In this document: positions 1 to 9,442 of the stretch, one piece after another
Position numbering within the stretch: the stretch's first letter is position 1
Layout: every line of letters starts with the position of its first letter
IMG/VR virus record: IMGVR_UViG_3300029787_000032
Location: 1 to 62,121 of that record
Direction: 5' to 3' (one strand)
Length of the DNA stretch: 62,121 nt
DNA from: a virus
Lineage: Duplodnaviria > Caudoviricetes
Program-made: the position numbers and the translations under genes
The notes under the pieces: model-generated
Databases searched by the model: none
Told to the model about the DNA's origin: nothing
The model's input: only the letters and a program-made list of their open reading frames with translations

Positions 1-77
1 TCAGAACCTAAACCGCTTCCAACACCAATCCTAAATTCATCTGCTGAATCATCAAGTCCTACAACAAAGTCAACTGC
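1..77. repeat. Exact 77-bp direct repeat, copy 1 (copy 2 at 61150..61226)
   Basis: tcagaacctaaacc...aaagtcaactgc is identical at both loci and diverges at base 78. Confidence 0.95.
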
Positions 78-260
78 GTTGCCATCAAACACTAATTTTG
101 CGTCCTCTGCTCCGCCATCACCAATCGTGAACGAAGGTGTAGTACCAGCTAGAGCAACGTCCCCGATAATGTTACCGTCTTTGATGGTTAGACCATCAAT
201 GGTTACACCGTTCGCGGATGTCTGTTCGCTAATAGTATCTACTTTTATTTCACTTGTCAT
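1..260 (-). CDS. Tail fibre protein, N-terminal part (runs off the left edge; not in ORF track)
   Basis: Hand translation from ATG at 260 gives MTSEIKVDTISEQTSANGVTIDGLTIKDG...GDGGAEDAKLVFDGNAVDFVVGLDDSADEFRIGVGSGLGS. The N-terminus matches the 56475..59420 fibre and the later module matches 59424..62121. AGGA lies upstream. Confidence 0.85.
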   Translation of the reverse strand, partial: MTSEIKVDTISEQTSANGVTIDGLTIKDGNIIGDVALAGTTPSFTIGDGGAEDAKLVFDGNAVDFVVGLDDSADEFRIGVGSGLGS

Positions 261-269
261 AATTTGTCC

Positions 270-2486
270 TTAACAATGCAACGTACAAGGCACGGTATAA
301 CTACCATCACTGTACGTTTCTACTTTAATATTTGAATTTACTTTGGCAACTGTCTTGCTTCTTATAATATCATCATCTTGTTTTTTAGCTGTACCATCAC
401 CATTAGATACAAGAAGATCACCAGCTTCTACAGTTACGTCTTTATGTACTCTTATAATAAATGTACCAACTTGTGCGATATTCATATCATTAACATCACC
501 ATCAAGTCCATCATCAGCATCATCCCAATTTGAAAATACACCATAAACTTTTTTACTGTCTGCTGTGTCAGATACTTTACATTTATTATGTTTAATGTCA
601 TCTTCTTTAACAATAGTTCCTGTAAACTCAGTTCCTTCAGATGTAAAAGTAATTGCATCACCAACAGATTTACTACCTAACGCTATTGATTCTTTTACTG
701 TGTACGCTGCTTCTTTAACATCACCAACAGTTTGAGTTGCTGCCCATCTTACATCACCAACTTCAACATCATCAGGTAAAGTGTTATCTTCTGTCCAAAG
801 AGTATCTTGAGTTTCTTTATCTTCAGCAGTCCATAAAATTGCAGGCACTTCTGCAACAGCTTGATACCAATCACACATTTCATCTATTGATTCCATTATA
901 GTTCCACGAAGTATTGTTGGTTTAGAATTATCAGCAAGTCTTGACCAGTGAGAGCCAGTAAAACCATTATAAGAAACAGTTGAACCACTAACTTCAATTG
1001 AACCTTCTTCTGTACCAGCTTGATGAAATTGAGCTATTGTTCCATCATTAGTTAATCTGTTTAAATACATAATAGTAGCAGCAGATACAGTTGCACTTAG
1101 TTTATCTGTAAACAACTCAACTCCAGCATTTGCAATTCCTGATGATGATTTACCTACCATAAATTCACCTGAACTATTAAGTCTCATTTTTATAGCACCA
1201 CTAGTACCAAACTTCATTTCGTCTGCACCGTGGTCGTAAGTTATAATTCCTCTATTAGCTGCACCATTATCAGCAAAATGTATGTTACCTGAAGTTGATG
1301 TACTAGAACCTATGGTCATTCCAGCATTACCATTTGACTCTAAAAATAATTCATCTGCGTCAGAATTTGGGCCTGCTGTACTATCAGAAGTTCTAACTGT
1401 TAATTTTGCTGGATCACTTGTTGAGCCTATTGAAATATTACCGCCACTAAAGAAACGCATTCTTTCAGTGTTGTTTGTAGTAATAGCTATTGTATTTCCT
1501 GAAACTTCTTCAATAAAAGTGTCTCCACCACCATCAAGATATAGTCTTGAAGTTGCAGAAATATCCATATTCCCTGCAACGGAAAATGTTTGTGAGGGAC
1601 TATTGGTTCCGATTCCTATTCTATCATTACCACCATCAACAAATATCATATGAGTATTACCATTAGATTCTACTCGGAAGTCCATATCAATAGAATCATC
1701 ATTAATAGAAAATTCACTTGTTGTGCCATCAGAATAATATTTCCAAAGACCAGTTAAACTTCCATCTTTCATTACATCTACCTGTATGCCACCATCTTCA
1801 GTGCCATCTGTTTCATCTCTAGCTCGTGCCATCATACTAGCGTAAACAACATCTTGTGAGTTATCATTACGGCCTTCAAAATCTATTTGACCTAAATTAT
1901 CTCCAACTGCTGGAGAACTAGAGTTTCTATACAATCTTAAATTTGGACCACTGTTTGCATCAGCGTCAGTTGATATTAAAGATAGTGTGTCTAAATTACC
2001 TGCAGCAGAAAGTTCTAAACCAGCATTATGAACATGGGTTAACAGAACTTCACTATCAGCACCAAACTTTATTGAGTCACCGTCAACAGGTAAATTAATT
2101 CCTGTGCTAGATGTTAAAAACTTTTTAGTGTTATCGTAATATAAATCTACTGAACCATTATTATTACAATCAATGTGTGTTTCATTCATTGCACCATTGG
2201 TAATTTGAACATCGTTTCCAGCAAGAGTAAGATTACCTGCACTAGCCTCTCTAATAATACTAGCTGTACCAGAATGATATATTTCAAAATCACTATCATC
2301 ACCAAAGAATGCTTTTGAGTTATCACCTAGTTTTACATCATGATTAAATGTAGCTGTACCAGCGTCTGACATATCAAAGACTAATGCTGATATTTCACTA
2401 CCATCATCATTACCTTTAATAGTTACATCACCATCACTCGTGGTGTTTTTAATTATACCGTTAACGCCGTCAAATTCTAAAGGCAT
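270..2486 (-). CDS. Tail fibre/receptor-binding protein with C-terminal autocleaving chaperone (peptidase G2-like)
   Basis: 738 aa, Gly/Ser/Asp-rich, with RIGIGTNSPS and ERMR fibre motifs. C-terminus is VYGVF...NIAQVG...GDLLVSNGDGTAKKQDDDIIRSKTVAKV. Confidence 0.8.
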   Translation of the reverse strand: MPLEFDGVNGIIKNTTSDGDVTIKGNDDGSEISALVFDMSDAGTATFNHDVKLGDNSKAFFGDDSDFEIYHSGTASIIREASAGNLTLAGNDVQITNGAMNETHIDCNNNGSVDLYYDNTKKFLTSSTGINLPVDGDSIKFGADSEVLLTHVHNAGLELSAAGNLDTLSLISTDADANSGPNLRLYRNSSSPAVGDNLGQIDFEGRNDNSQDVVYASMMARARDETDGTEDGGIQVDVMKDGSLTGLWKYYSDGTTSEFSINDDSIDMDFRVESNGNTHMIFVDGGNDRIGIGTNSPSQTFSVAGNMDISATSRLYLDGGGDTFIEEVSGNTIAITTNNTERMRFFSGGNISIGSTSDPAKLTVRTSDSTAGPNSDADELFLESNGNAGMTIGSSTSTSGNIHFADNGAANRGIITYDHGADEMKFGTSGAIKMRLNSSGEFMVGKSSSGIANAGVELFTDKLSATVSAATIMYLNRLTNDGTIAQFHQAGTEEGSIEVSGSTVSYNGFTGSHWSRLADNSKPTILRGTIMESIDEMCDWYQAVAEVPAILWTAEDKETQDTLWTEDNTLPDDVEVGDVRWAATQTVGDVKEAAYTVKESIALGSKSVGDAITFTSEGTEFTGTIVKEDDIKHNKCKVSDTADSKKVYGVFSNWDDADDGLDGDVNDMNIAQVGTFIIRVHKDVTVEAGDLLVSNGDGTAKKQDDDIIRSKTVAKVNSNIKVETYSDGSYTVPCTLHC

Positions 2487-2668
2487 TACATCACCACCAC
2501 GACACCTGTTATGGTTACGATGGCGTTAAATGTAATTGGTCCTGCAAGAACTGCATGACCTACAACTTGATTAACATCAACAGTAGCATCGTGTTCAGGT
2601 ATAACCTCTGATGCCATTCCACCTGATCCAACAAATAACGGACCACCTATTTCTTCTTTGTATGCCAT
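2486..2668 (-). CDS. Small tail-associated protein
   Basis: 60 aa, AGGAG RBS, coupled to the downstream fibre gene, C-terminal LAGPITF..TITG motif. Confidence 0.65.
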   Translation of the reverse strand: MAYKEEIGGPLFVGSGGMASEVIPEHDATVDVNQVVGHAVLAGPITFNAIVTITGVVVVM

Positions 2669-2677
2669 AGTTACTCC

Positions 2678-3007
2678 TTAACTAATTGCGTCAACTCTAC
2701 TTACCCAACAATCAAAACCGTTGGCTGTTCCGCTTTGTGCTTTCAATACGTCACCACTTTGCATAACAATTTTCGCACCACCTTGAATTATTTCAATTGA
2801 TGACGAAACCGGGACACTGACACCTTTGATTAAATATCTAGCAGTATCACTATCACCAGCGTCTGTAATAAATACATCTAGTGTGTCAGTTGTGGTTAGA
2901 ATATTAGCAAAACGAAGACCTACAACCGCATCATCGCTGTCTGCTGTAAAGATAGTGGTAGCAGAATTTGTTATTCTTTTACCATTTGATTCAAAATCTT
3001 GTGCCAT
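2678..3007 (-). CDS. Small virion/tail beta protein
   Basis: 109 aa, AGGAG RBS, LIKGVSVP..SS..GAKIVMQSGDVL pattern typical of fibre-adjacent proteins. Confidence 0.7.
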   Translation of the reverse strand: MAQDFESNGKRITNSATTIFTADSDDAVVGLRFANILTTTDTLDVFITDAGDSDTARYLIKGVSVPVSSSIEIIQGGAKIVMQSGDVLKAQSGTANGFDCWVSRVDAIS

Positions 3008-3029
3008 ATTTTTCTCCTATTTCCTTATA

Positions 3030-5894
3030 TCACAGCGCGATTGCCATTGCAACCGCCAGACCTTTACTAGCCTTTGTATCTAGCTGAGTCTGTATATTAG
3101 ATGTTACGCCGTCTGTATAGTTAAGTTCGGCTGTTGTCGCTGTAACTCCATCCATAATATTGAGTTCCGCAGTGGTTGCAGTGACTCCATCCATAATATT
3201 GAGTTCCGCAGCTGTAGCCGTAACGCCATCCAAGATGTTTAATTCAGCAGCTGTTGAGGTAACGTTGGTGCCACCTATATCTAATGTTGTCATGGACACT
3301 TCACCAGCCACAGTCAATATACCACTTGCAACGGTCATCAAGTCTGTATCGCCAGTGTGTCCTATAGTTGATCCATTTATTATGACATTGTCTACGGTCA
3401 ACGTAGTCAGTGTGCCCAAAGATGTAACATTTGCTTGAGCTGCTGTTTGTAGTGTACCAGCTAGTTGTGTAGCTGTAAGTCTGCCTGTGCTTGGATTGTA
3501 TGTAAAGTCTCCATCTGATTCTAAACCAACATTACCGGTAGCAGACTCATCTTCAATAAATGGTATTAAATTATTTTCATTTGTACTTTCATTATCAGCT
3601 ACAGATACATGAGCTGAGTTTGTTGCGTTTGTTGCATTTGTTACAGTAACGCCGGCGATAACTGTGTTGATAGCTGTGCCACCAATTGTGATCGCGTCAG
3701 CCTCTAGTGTTCCATCAATATCTGCATCACCCGATATATCTAAAGTTGCACCATCTAGTTCACCGGTAATTGTTAAGTTTCTAATACCAGTGTAATCTTT
3801 ATTAGAATCTAAAATAACTGCTTTAGAAGCAATCGCTGTACCAACTGCAGTAGAACCTAGATCTAATGCGTTAAGTTCGCCAACCACCGCTGTAACACCG
3901 TCAAGTGTATTTAACTCAGCTGTTGTAGCTGTCACACCGTCCATGATGTTTAACTCAGCTGTAGTTGATGTTACTCCATCAAGTATGTTAAGTTCTTCAG
4001 GTGTAGATGTAATCTGTGTAGTGCTTGCAGCTGCTAATACAGGTAATGTACCTGAAACGTTTGGTAGATTAATTGTTCTATCGCCAGTGGGATCTACAAT
4101 TGTAAGTGTAGTTTCATTTGCATCAGCAGTAGCACCTTCAAATATTATTGCGTTTTCAGCCTGCATTGTAACTGTGTCTACAGTCGTAGTTGTGCCTGCT
4201 ACAGTTAGTTTAGGTACAAGTAATTCTCCTGTGCTTGGATTATATCTTAGTGCCCCTGTGTCATCTAATAAACCATTTGACTCATCGTGAAATACAACAG
4301 GAAAGTTTGAGTTAGTTGTACTATCGCTAACTGTTACATTTGAGACTGTTGTTCCTGCGATCACACTTGCTAGAGCAGTACCGTTAACAGTTATTGCATC
4401 TGCCTCTAATGTACCGTCAATATCTGCATCACCACTTACGTCAAGAGAACCTGCATCAAGCTCACCTGTTAGTGTTATATTTCTAAATGATGCTACGTCT
4501 TTATTGGCATCTGCTGTTACAACTTTACTCGCAACCACTGTTCCAACGGCTGCTCCCGTATCACTATAGTTAAGTTCTGTTGCTGTTGCAGTTACACCAT
4601 CTAAAATGTTTAATTCAGCTGCTGTAGAAGTGACACCGTCTAATATATTAAGTTCCGCTGCTGTTGATGTTACACCATCTAAAATGTTTAGCTCGGCTGC
4701 TGTTGATGTTACCGTAGTACCATCAATTGAAAGTGCGTCTGTTTCTAACGTGCCATCAACATCCACATTGCCAGAAACATCTAAACTAGATGCTTCGATT
4801 TCACCACTTGCTTTAAATATTACATTGTCGCCACCAGACACTTCAAAGATAATTTGATTGTCTGTTCCAAATTTAATTCTGTTGTCTGCGTCTCTACCTA
4901 TTTCTAAACTTGTATTAACGACAGAAGTAATTCCTGTTTGTGCTGCATCGACTGCTAATGTAACTGTGTTAGAAGAAGCGCTTGAAGCTAGTCCTGTACC
5001 ACCGGCAACGGTTAACGTTTCACTGTCAAGGTCAATTGCAATCGTACCACTGTCAGTTGTTATATCTAAATCTTCAGCTGTTACTGATGCTGCCACAAAA
5101 GCTTTAATTGATTGTTGAGTAGCTAGTGCTGTTGCTGAGTCACTTGCCATGTCATCTTCATCTTTTATAGATGTAACAGTTGATCCACTTGCTAAAGTTA
5201 AACTTGTGCTAAGAGTAACTCCACCACCATCTACAATAACGATGGCATTGTCACCATCTGTAAATCCAATATTAGCTGTTTGTACTTCACCACCAACTTT
5301 TATATCTCCAGATACATCAACTCTTGTACTTGCATTTAAATCAATAATCGCTTCACCATCTATACGTAAAGTACCATCAGATGATTGTTGTATAAAAGAT
5401 GCTGTGTCACCAAATTGAATTTTTTCGGTGCTGTTCATTAATATGTCGTCAGAGAACAAGAAGTAGTCTTCGTCTTCTTTCCAAGTTATAACTCCGTCAT
5501 TACTTTCGCCGTCGAACGTAAGACTATAGTCAACACCAGCTGCTCCATTACCAATGACAAGACTATTACTACCATTTATGAAAGTTGATTTACTAGAAGG
5601 TAAAGTTACAAAAACATCTTTTGTTCCTGCACTAAAACTAACAGCACTATCACTGTTAGAACTTGAGATAACTGTAGTACGAGCTAATGTGTCAGGTGTT
5701 GCGTCAGCTACTGTGCCAATACCAAGTTCCCATTCATCAGCGTTACGATTAACAACTGCATAGTAAGTTGTATTACCATCACCTATTGCTGTAACAAAAG
5801 ATTGAAAGCCAGCTACTGCTCCGCCTAAACTGTATGTACCAGTTCCCGTTGTGGTTGTGGTCTCTCTGACTCTATCTTCTATTTTTAAAACCAT
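3030..5894 (-). CDS. Long tail fibre with 13-aa repeats
   Basis: 954 aa. N-terminal DRVRETTTTTGTGT anchor, 12 T(S/A)T(A/T)AELNI(L/M)DGV-type repeats in three blocks, C-terminal KGLAVAMAIAL. Confidence 0.85.
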   Translation of the reverse strand: MVLKIEDRVRETTTTTGTGTYSLGGAVAGFQSFVTAIGDGNTTYYAVVNRNADEWELGIGTVADATPDTLARTTVISSSNSDSAVSFSAGTKDVFVTLPSSKSTFINGSNSLVIGNGAAGVDYSLTFDGESNDGVITWKEDEDYFLFSDDILMNSTEKIQFGDTASFIQQSSDGTLRIDGEAIIDLNASTRVDVSGDIKVGGEVQTANIGFTDGDNAIVIVDGGGVTLSTSLTLASGSTVTSIKDEDDMASDSATALATQQSIKAFVAASVTAEDLDITTDSGTIAIDLDSETLTVAGGTGLASSASSNTVTLAVDAAQTGITSVVNTSLEIGRDADNRIKFGTDNQIIFEVSGGDNVIFKASGEIEASSLDVSGNVDVDGTLETDALSIDGTTVTSTAAELNILDGVTSTAAELNILDGVTSTAAELNILDGVTATATELNYSDTGAAVGTVVASKVVTADANKDVASFRNITLTGELDAGSLDVSGDADIDGTLEADAITVNGTALASVIAGTTVSNVTVSDSTTNSNFPVVFHDESNGLLDDTGALRYNPSTGELLVPKLTVAGTTTTVDTVTMQAENAIIFEGATADANETTLTIVDPTGDRTINLPNVSGTLPVLAAASTTQITSTPEELNILDGVTSTTAELNIMDGVTATTAELNTLDGVTAVVGELNALDLGSTAVGTAIASKAVILDSNKDYTGIRNLTITGELDGATLDISGDADIDGTLEADAITIGGTAINTVIAGVTVTNATNATNSAHVSVADNESTNENNLIPFIEDESATGNVGLESDGDFTYNPSTGRLTATQLAGTLQTAAQANVTSLGTLTTLTVDNVIINGSTIGHTGDTDLMTVASGILTVAGEVSMTTLDIGGTNVTSTAAELNILDGVTATAAELNIMDGVTATTAELNIMDGVTATTAELNYTDGVTSNIQTQLDTKASKGLAVAMAIAL

Positions 5895-5896
5895 AA

Positions 5897-6511
5897 CTAC
5901 CTAGTAAAGTTATCGCCACGTTTCAACGCAAGCTCACCGTTAACTGATTGAACGGCTTCTTGATACCGTTGTTGATAAACTTGTTGTTGAGCAGGGTTTT
6001 TATTATAAACAGCTGCTTCGATAAGAGAACCATAAAGTAGTGCATCATAAGCATGTTCTGTTAACCAATTTGTAGCTGTATCACTATCAAGAGCATCAAA
6101 TCTTCTTCTGTAATTAATTTCTAAATTTAAACCAGCGCTTGGAGTTGGTGCAACTATAAAAAAGTTATCATCCCAATCTGCATAGTATTTTGGAGTGCCA
6201 GTGCTTGTTCTAGTTGGCCAATACTCATTAATGTAACTAACATCTCTATATTCAAGAGGTGTTCTTGCTGCTGCTGAAGATAACACTTGAAAAGATATAG
6301 AAGAAACATAGTCTGATGGTTTGGTTATAAAAGGATCACTGGCTGTTAATGCAGAAGTAACGTGTTTTTGTAAACCGGGACAGTTCTCTAATTCTCTTGA
6401 TAGTCTTAATTCTGCTGTCGCTATAAACTGTAAACTTTCTGTTGCAAACGCTGAACTATTGTCCTCTGTTAAGTCAATTAAATCTTGTTTTAATATTGTA
6501 AATGTTGTCAT
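5897..6511 (-). CDS. Tail adaptor / tail tubular protein A-like
   Basis: 204 aa with GTPKYYA, VAPTP and NWL...AYDALLYGSL motifs of adaptor proteins. Confidence 0.7.
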   Translation of the reverse strand: MTTFTILKQDLIDLTEDNSSAFATESLQFIATAELRLSRELENCPGLQKHVTSALTASDPFITKPSDYVSSISFQVLSSAAARTPLEYRDVSYINEYWPTRTSTGTPKYYADWDDNFFIVAPTPSAGLNLEINYRRRFDALDSDTATNWLTEHAYDALLYGSLIEAAVYNKNPAQQQVYQQRYQEAVQSVNGELALKRGDNFTR

Positions 6512-6831
6512 GATACCGTCACTGTTCCAATTTTAAATAAAGCTGTTATGTCTTGTGCAACAGTTGCTGGTTGCATTGTGTCAGAAGAAAATACGCTGTC
6601 GGCACCTCTTCCAATTGAAACAAAAACAACATGTTGTTCTTGAGGTCTAGCATCTTTTAAAGCAATATCGTCTGCTTTGGCTCTTTTAGGCTCCAATTGT
6701 GGGTGCTTAGCTTCATATTCTGTTTTATGCACCAAAGAACCATTCCATTCTTTTACCATTTCTTTATAGGGAAATGATACTCCACTTCGATCAGAAATCG
6801 CTTTTGCGTATTTACCTTTTGCGTACGCCAT
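6508..6831 (-). CDS. Conserved virion morphogenesis protein
   Basis: MAYAKGKYAKAISDRSG...EWNG..V...EYEAKHPQL; GGAGG RBS. Confidence 0.6.
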   Translation of the reverse strand: MAYAKGKYAKAISDRSGVSFPYKEMVKEWNGSLVHKTEYEAKHPQLEPKRAKADDIALKDARPQEQHVVFVSIGRGADSVFSSDTMQPATVAQDITALFKIGTVTVS

Positions 6832-6904
6832 TTAACCTCCAAATTGTACAGTACTTAACATGTAACCAATAGTCAATAAGAAGATAATTAAGTAGAGTTT
6901 AAGC

Positions 6905-7135
6905 TCAAACACCTAGGTCTTCTGTAAGTATTTTGACAATTCTTTTTCTCCCCATGTCAATCTCTACTTCAGCCTCGACCTGCACGCACTGCATGTAAAC
7001 TCCCTCTTGTTCTGGGCCTATGTTTTGCATAGCTATACGTTTGGTCTTCAAACAATCAGCCATTCCTTCAGTCGGCACCGTCTCTATTATGGAACCGTTA
7101 GTTATCAATAATACTGCGAATAATGTTTCAATCAT
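6905..7135 (-). CDS. Small secreted/membrane protein (lysis region)
   Basis: Likely start MIETLFAVLL overlapping the upstream stop; hydrophobic N-terminus and two Cys. Confidence 0.5.
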   Translation of the reverse strand: MIETLFAVLLITNGSIIETVPTEGMADCLKTKRIAMQNIGPEQEGVYMQCVQVEAEVEIDMGRKRIVKILTEDLGV

Positions 7136-7523
7136 GTGATGTTCCGTTTGCTCTAAGTTTATCAATTAGTGTTTCTACGTCAATCATACGTTCTTCAATA
7201 AATTGTAACTGCATGTTTAGTTTTGCAATCTCTGGAATTTCTGAATTAACGTGTGTACGAAGTTCTTCTTGTGTTTTGGAAAGCCATTCCACCAACATGT
7301 AGAGTTCGTTTACTTGTGGACTGACCATGGTGCCTTTGGGGACTCCGTCTATAAAATCATTAGCAGCTTCCATGTCTTGTGCCATTAATTGTTGATTTGT
7401 TTCCAACGTATTTAAACGTTCAATCACAGAAAAATAGCTCATAGTGCCGATCGCCACGGCAGCCAAAATTGCCAGTAAGTTACGCGCCGGGAGTGAAATT
7501 GCTGTGTTATCTGACAGTTTCAT
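7128..7523 (-). CDS. Membrane-anchored coiled-coil protein (spanin-like candidate)
   Basis: N-terminal TM segment LLAILAAVAIGTMSYF followed by heptad-like region; lies in the lysis cassette. Confidence 0.5.
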   Translation of the reverse strand: MKLSDNTAISLPARNLLAILAAVAIGTMSYFSVIERLNTLETNQQLMAQDMEAANDFIDGVPKGTMVSPQVNELYMLVEWLSKTQEELRTHVNSEIPEIAKLNMQLQFIEERMIDVETLIDKLRANGTSHD

Positions 7524-7584
7524 AAAAACATAAAATAATTGCTACATAAAAAAAATAAATACCTAAACCAGAAAAATCCATCAT
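7507..7584 (-). CDS. 25-aa hydrophobic peptide (not in ORF track)
   Basis: MMDFSGLGIYFFYVAIILCFYETVR; ATGA overlap with the upstream stop and fills the intergenic gap. Confidence 0.4.
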   Translation of the reverse strand: MMDFSGLGIYFFYVAIILCFYETVR

Positions 7585-7811
7585 ACTTCGTCCATTTCTA
7601 CAAATCTGCCTTCACAAAAATATTCAAAGGATTGCATAGTCATTCCGTCTATATCTCTAAACTTTAGTAATAAACTATCTACCAGCATTACCTTATTGTC
7701 AAAAAGATAGTCTTGACAATGGTCTTCAGAAATAAATTGCATATCTTGAAGATGCGTATTTCTAGTTTGTTCGCCTTCGTACCACATCATTACGGTCAGT
7801 ACCCAAATCAT
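7581..7811 (-). CDS. Hypothetical protein, lysis region
   Basis: 76 aa, hydrophobic N-terminus, two Cys, ATGA coupling. Confidence 0.55.
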   Translation of the reverse strand: MIWVLTVMMWYEGEQTRNTHLQDMQFISEDHCQDYLFDNKVMLVDSLLLKFRDIDGMTMQSFEYFCEGRFVEMDEV

Positions 7812-8215
7812 TTTTTAAACTTTTTTAATGTTGATACACCGAAACTTCCTCCCACTATTGTGAGGATAATGACCCAATAATAATCGTTAGCTTGTGCCAA
7901 AATTTCCCATCCTCTATTCATATAAGGTTGTAGTGGCCCAATAAAATGACATATGAAAATACCACTAAATGTCAAAGTGAGCCATTCGTCTTTCCATGAG
8001 TTTTCTGTTTGGCGCACCTGTTCTAGTTGTACTCCAATCTTAGCTACATCTACATCTCTTGCAGCTTCTATCTCTTTAGCTTTAATTATTTTATCCTTCT
8101 CAAGCTTGTGACTTATAGCTCCGACAGTTTTTTCAGTTATAAGTTTTGCAACGGGATTACCAAGTAAACTACTGCCTAATCCAATTAAAGGTTTAATCAA
8201 TAACAAGGGATTCAT
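7808..8215 (-). CDS. Holin-like membrane protein
   Basis: SWKDEW motif followed by two TM segments and a basic C-terminus; adjacent to the endolysin. Confidence 0.7.
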   Translation of the reverse strand: MNPLLLIKPLIGLGSSLLGNPVAKLITEKTVGAISHKLEKDKIIKAKEIEAARDVDVAKIGVQLEQVRQTENSWKDEWLTLTFSGIFICHFIGPLQPYMNRGWEILAQANDYYWVIILTIVGGSFGVSTLKKFKK

Positions 8216-8637
8216 TATAAATTATCCTTTTTCCATTTTTGAACGTCAAATGATGGACATTCTTTTTCACTTATTTCATTATGACCAATAATATTAGCGT
8301 CTGGATATTGATCTTGTAGTTCTTTAACTAACACCAAAAGAGCTATCCATTGATGATTAGTAAAATTATTTTCAGCAGAATTATCATCAGCCATGCCTCC
8401 TACAAGACAAATACCTATGCTTTTGTGATTATATCCAGCAGCATGTGCTCCTGAATCACGAATATCTCGTCCGTCTTCAACTTCTCCCGAACGTTTTATT
8501 ACTTTGTGATAACCAATATCTCGCCATCCATTGCCATTGACATGCCAATCTTTTATGGTTGCTGCATCCACATCCATAGAAGTTTTTGTTGCCGCACAAT
8601 GGATAACGATTAACTCTGTTGAATTCCGTGGTTCCAT
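8215..8637 (-). CDS. Endolysin, N-acetylmuramoyl-L-alanine amidase (T7 lysozyme-like)
   Basis: IVIHCAAT, GWRDIGYH, GAHAAGYN..SIGICLVGG, GHNE...KECPSFDV with Zn ligands H/H/C. Confidence 0.95.
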   Translation of the reverse strand: MEPRNSTELIVIHCAATKTSMDVDAATIKDWHVNGNGWRDIGYHKVIKRSGEVEDGRDIRDSGAHAAGYNHKSIGICLVGGMADDNSAENNFTNHQWIALLVLVKELQDQYPDANIIGHNEISEKECPSFDVQKWKKDNL

Positions 8638-8747
8638 TATTTTACCAATGCAATAATAATTATAATTACAATGGCTGCTGCAATAATCTTTTTCTTCTTA
8701 TCAAGATTCATCGCCCAGTCTTTTATAAAAAGTAACTTACTAATCAT
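8637..8747 (-). CDS. 36-aa single-TM peptide
   Basis: AAAGGAGG RBS precedes MISKLL...KKKKIIAAAIVIIIIIALVK; the ORF-track start at 8849 is probably too long. Confidence 0.7.
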   Translation of the reverse strand: MISKLLFIKDWAMNLDKKKKIIAAAIVIIIIIALVK

Positions 8748-8757
8748 AAATCCTCCT

Positions 8758-9429
8758 TTAGTAGTTGTTAAAGTACCCTCGTCCGGGAACTGCTCTATAA
8801 CTAGAGCGTTCTCTATCTTCTTGTCGAGCTCGTTCAAATTCTTCGTCATACACTGCTTTCAACAATTGAATTTTTTCAGGCGCTTTTTTCATAGCTAGAT
8901 AATAAGCCATACCTGCAACTAAACAAGGCAAAAATCTAAATGAAACGTTAGGATCATCTGTTGGTAAATCAAGATCATCTAATCTTTTTAGATAATAATA
9001 ACGTACACTGTAGGTAGATAAATCAGGCGTTGGATATAAAAATAATGTTGGAGTTGTTGTTCTTTCAAAATAAAACTGAGAAGGCCTTCCTTCTGAACTT
9101 TTATTTGGCAGCATATGATAGTCAGCACGGCTAACTCTAGCTAAACTTGTGTCCAAACTGTTAGAGTCTCTAATTACAACCTCTAAAATATCAACAATAT
9201 TTGTGTCTAAAGTGTAGTCAGGGTCACTTGCTGTTGTTGCTTGTGTTCCAAGTTGAATAGTCCATAAATTAAGACCACGATTAGCCCACTCAGACATCAA
9301 CAAGTTCATACTACGTATTGCTGTACGCAAGTCTTTCCCAGTAATTTCTTGTAGCCCACAACGTTCGTAAGCTTCTTGAATTACTTCTGCAGCATCTATG
9401 CTAAAATCAGTAGAACCTGATACAGCCAT
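8758..9429 (-). CDS. Head-tail adaptor (P22 gp4-like)
   Basis: 223 aa with EAYERCG, EWANRGLNLWT, GRPSQFY, LYPTPD and RFLPCLVAGMAYYLA; downstream of the capsid genes. Confidence 0.75.
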   Translation of the reverse strand: MAVSGSTDFSIDAAEVIQEAYERCGLQEITGKDLRTAIRSMNLLMSEWANRGLNLWTIQLGTQATTASDPDYTLDTNIVDILEVVIRDSNSLDTSLARVSRADYHMLPNKSSEGRPSQFYFERTTTPTLFLYPTPDLSTYSVRYYYLKRLDDLDLPTDDPNVSFRFLPCLVAGMAYYLAMKKAPEKIQLLKAVYDEEFERARQEDRERSSYRAVPGRGYFNNY

Positions 9430-9442
9430 ACGTTACTCCCTG

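Noticed and set aside
1-77. DGR template/variable repeat pair or true terminal repeat
   Set aside because: The copies are identical with no adenine-specific changes, no reverse transcriptase is present, and copy 2 lies about 900 bp inside the right end.
79-5763. Many plus-strand ORFs opposite the tail genes (also 55361..62112 and 20940..22232)
   Set aside because: Antisense shadows of biased-codon genes, with no RBS or recognisable motifs.
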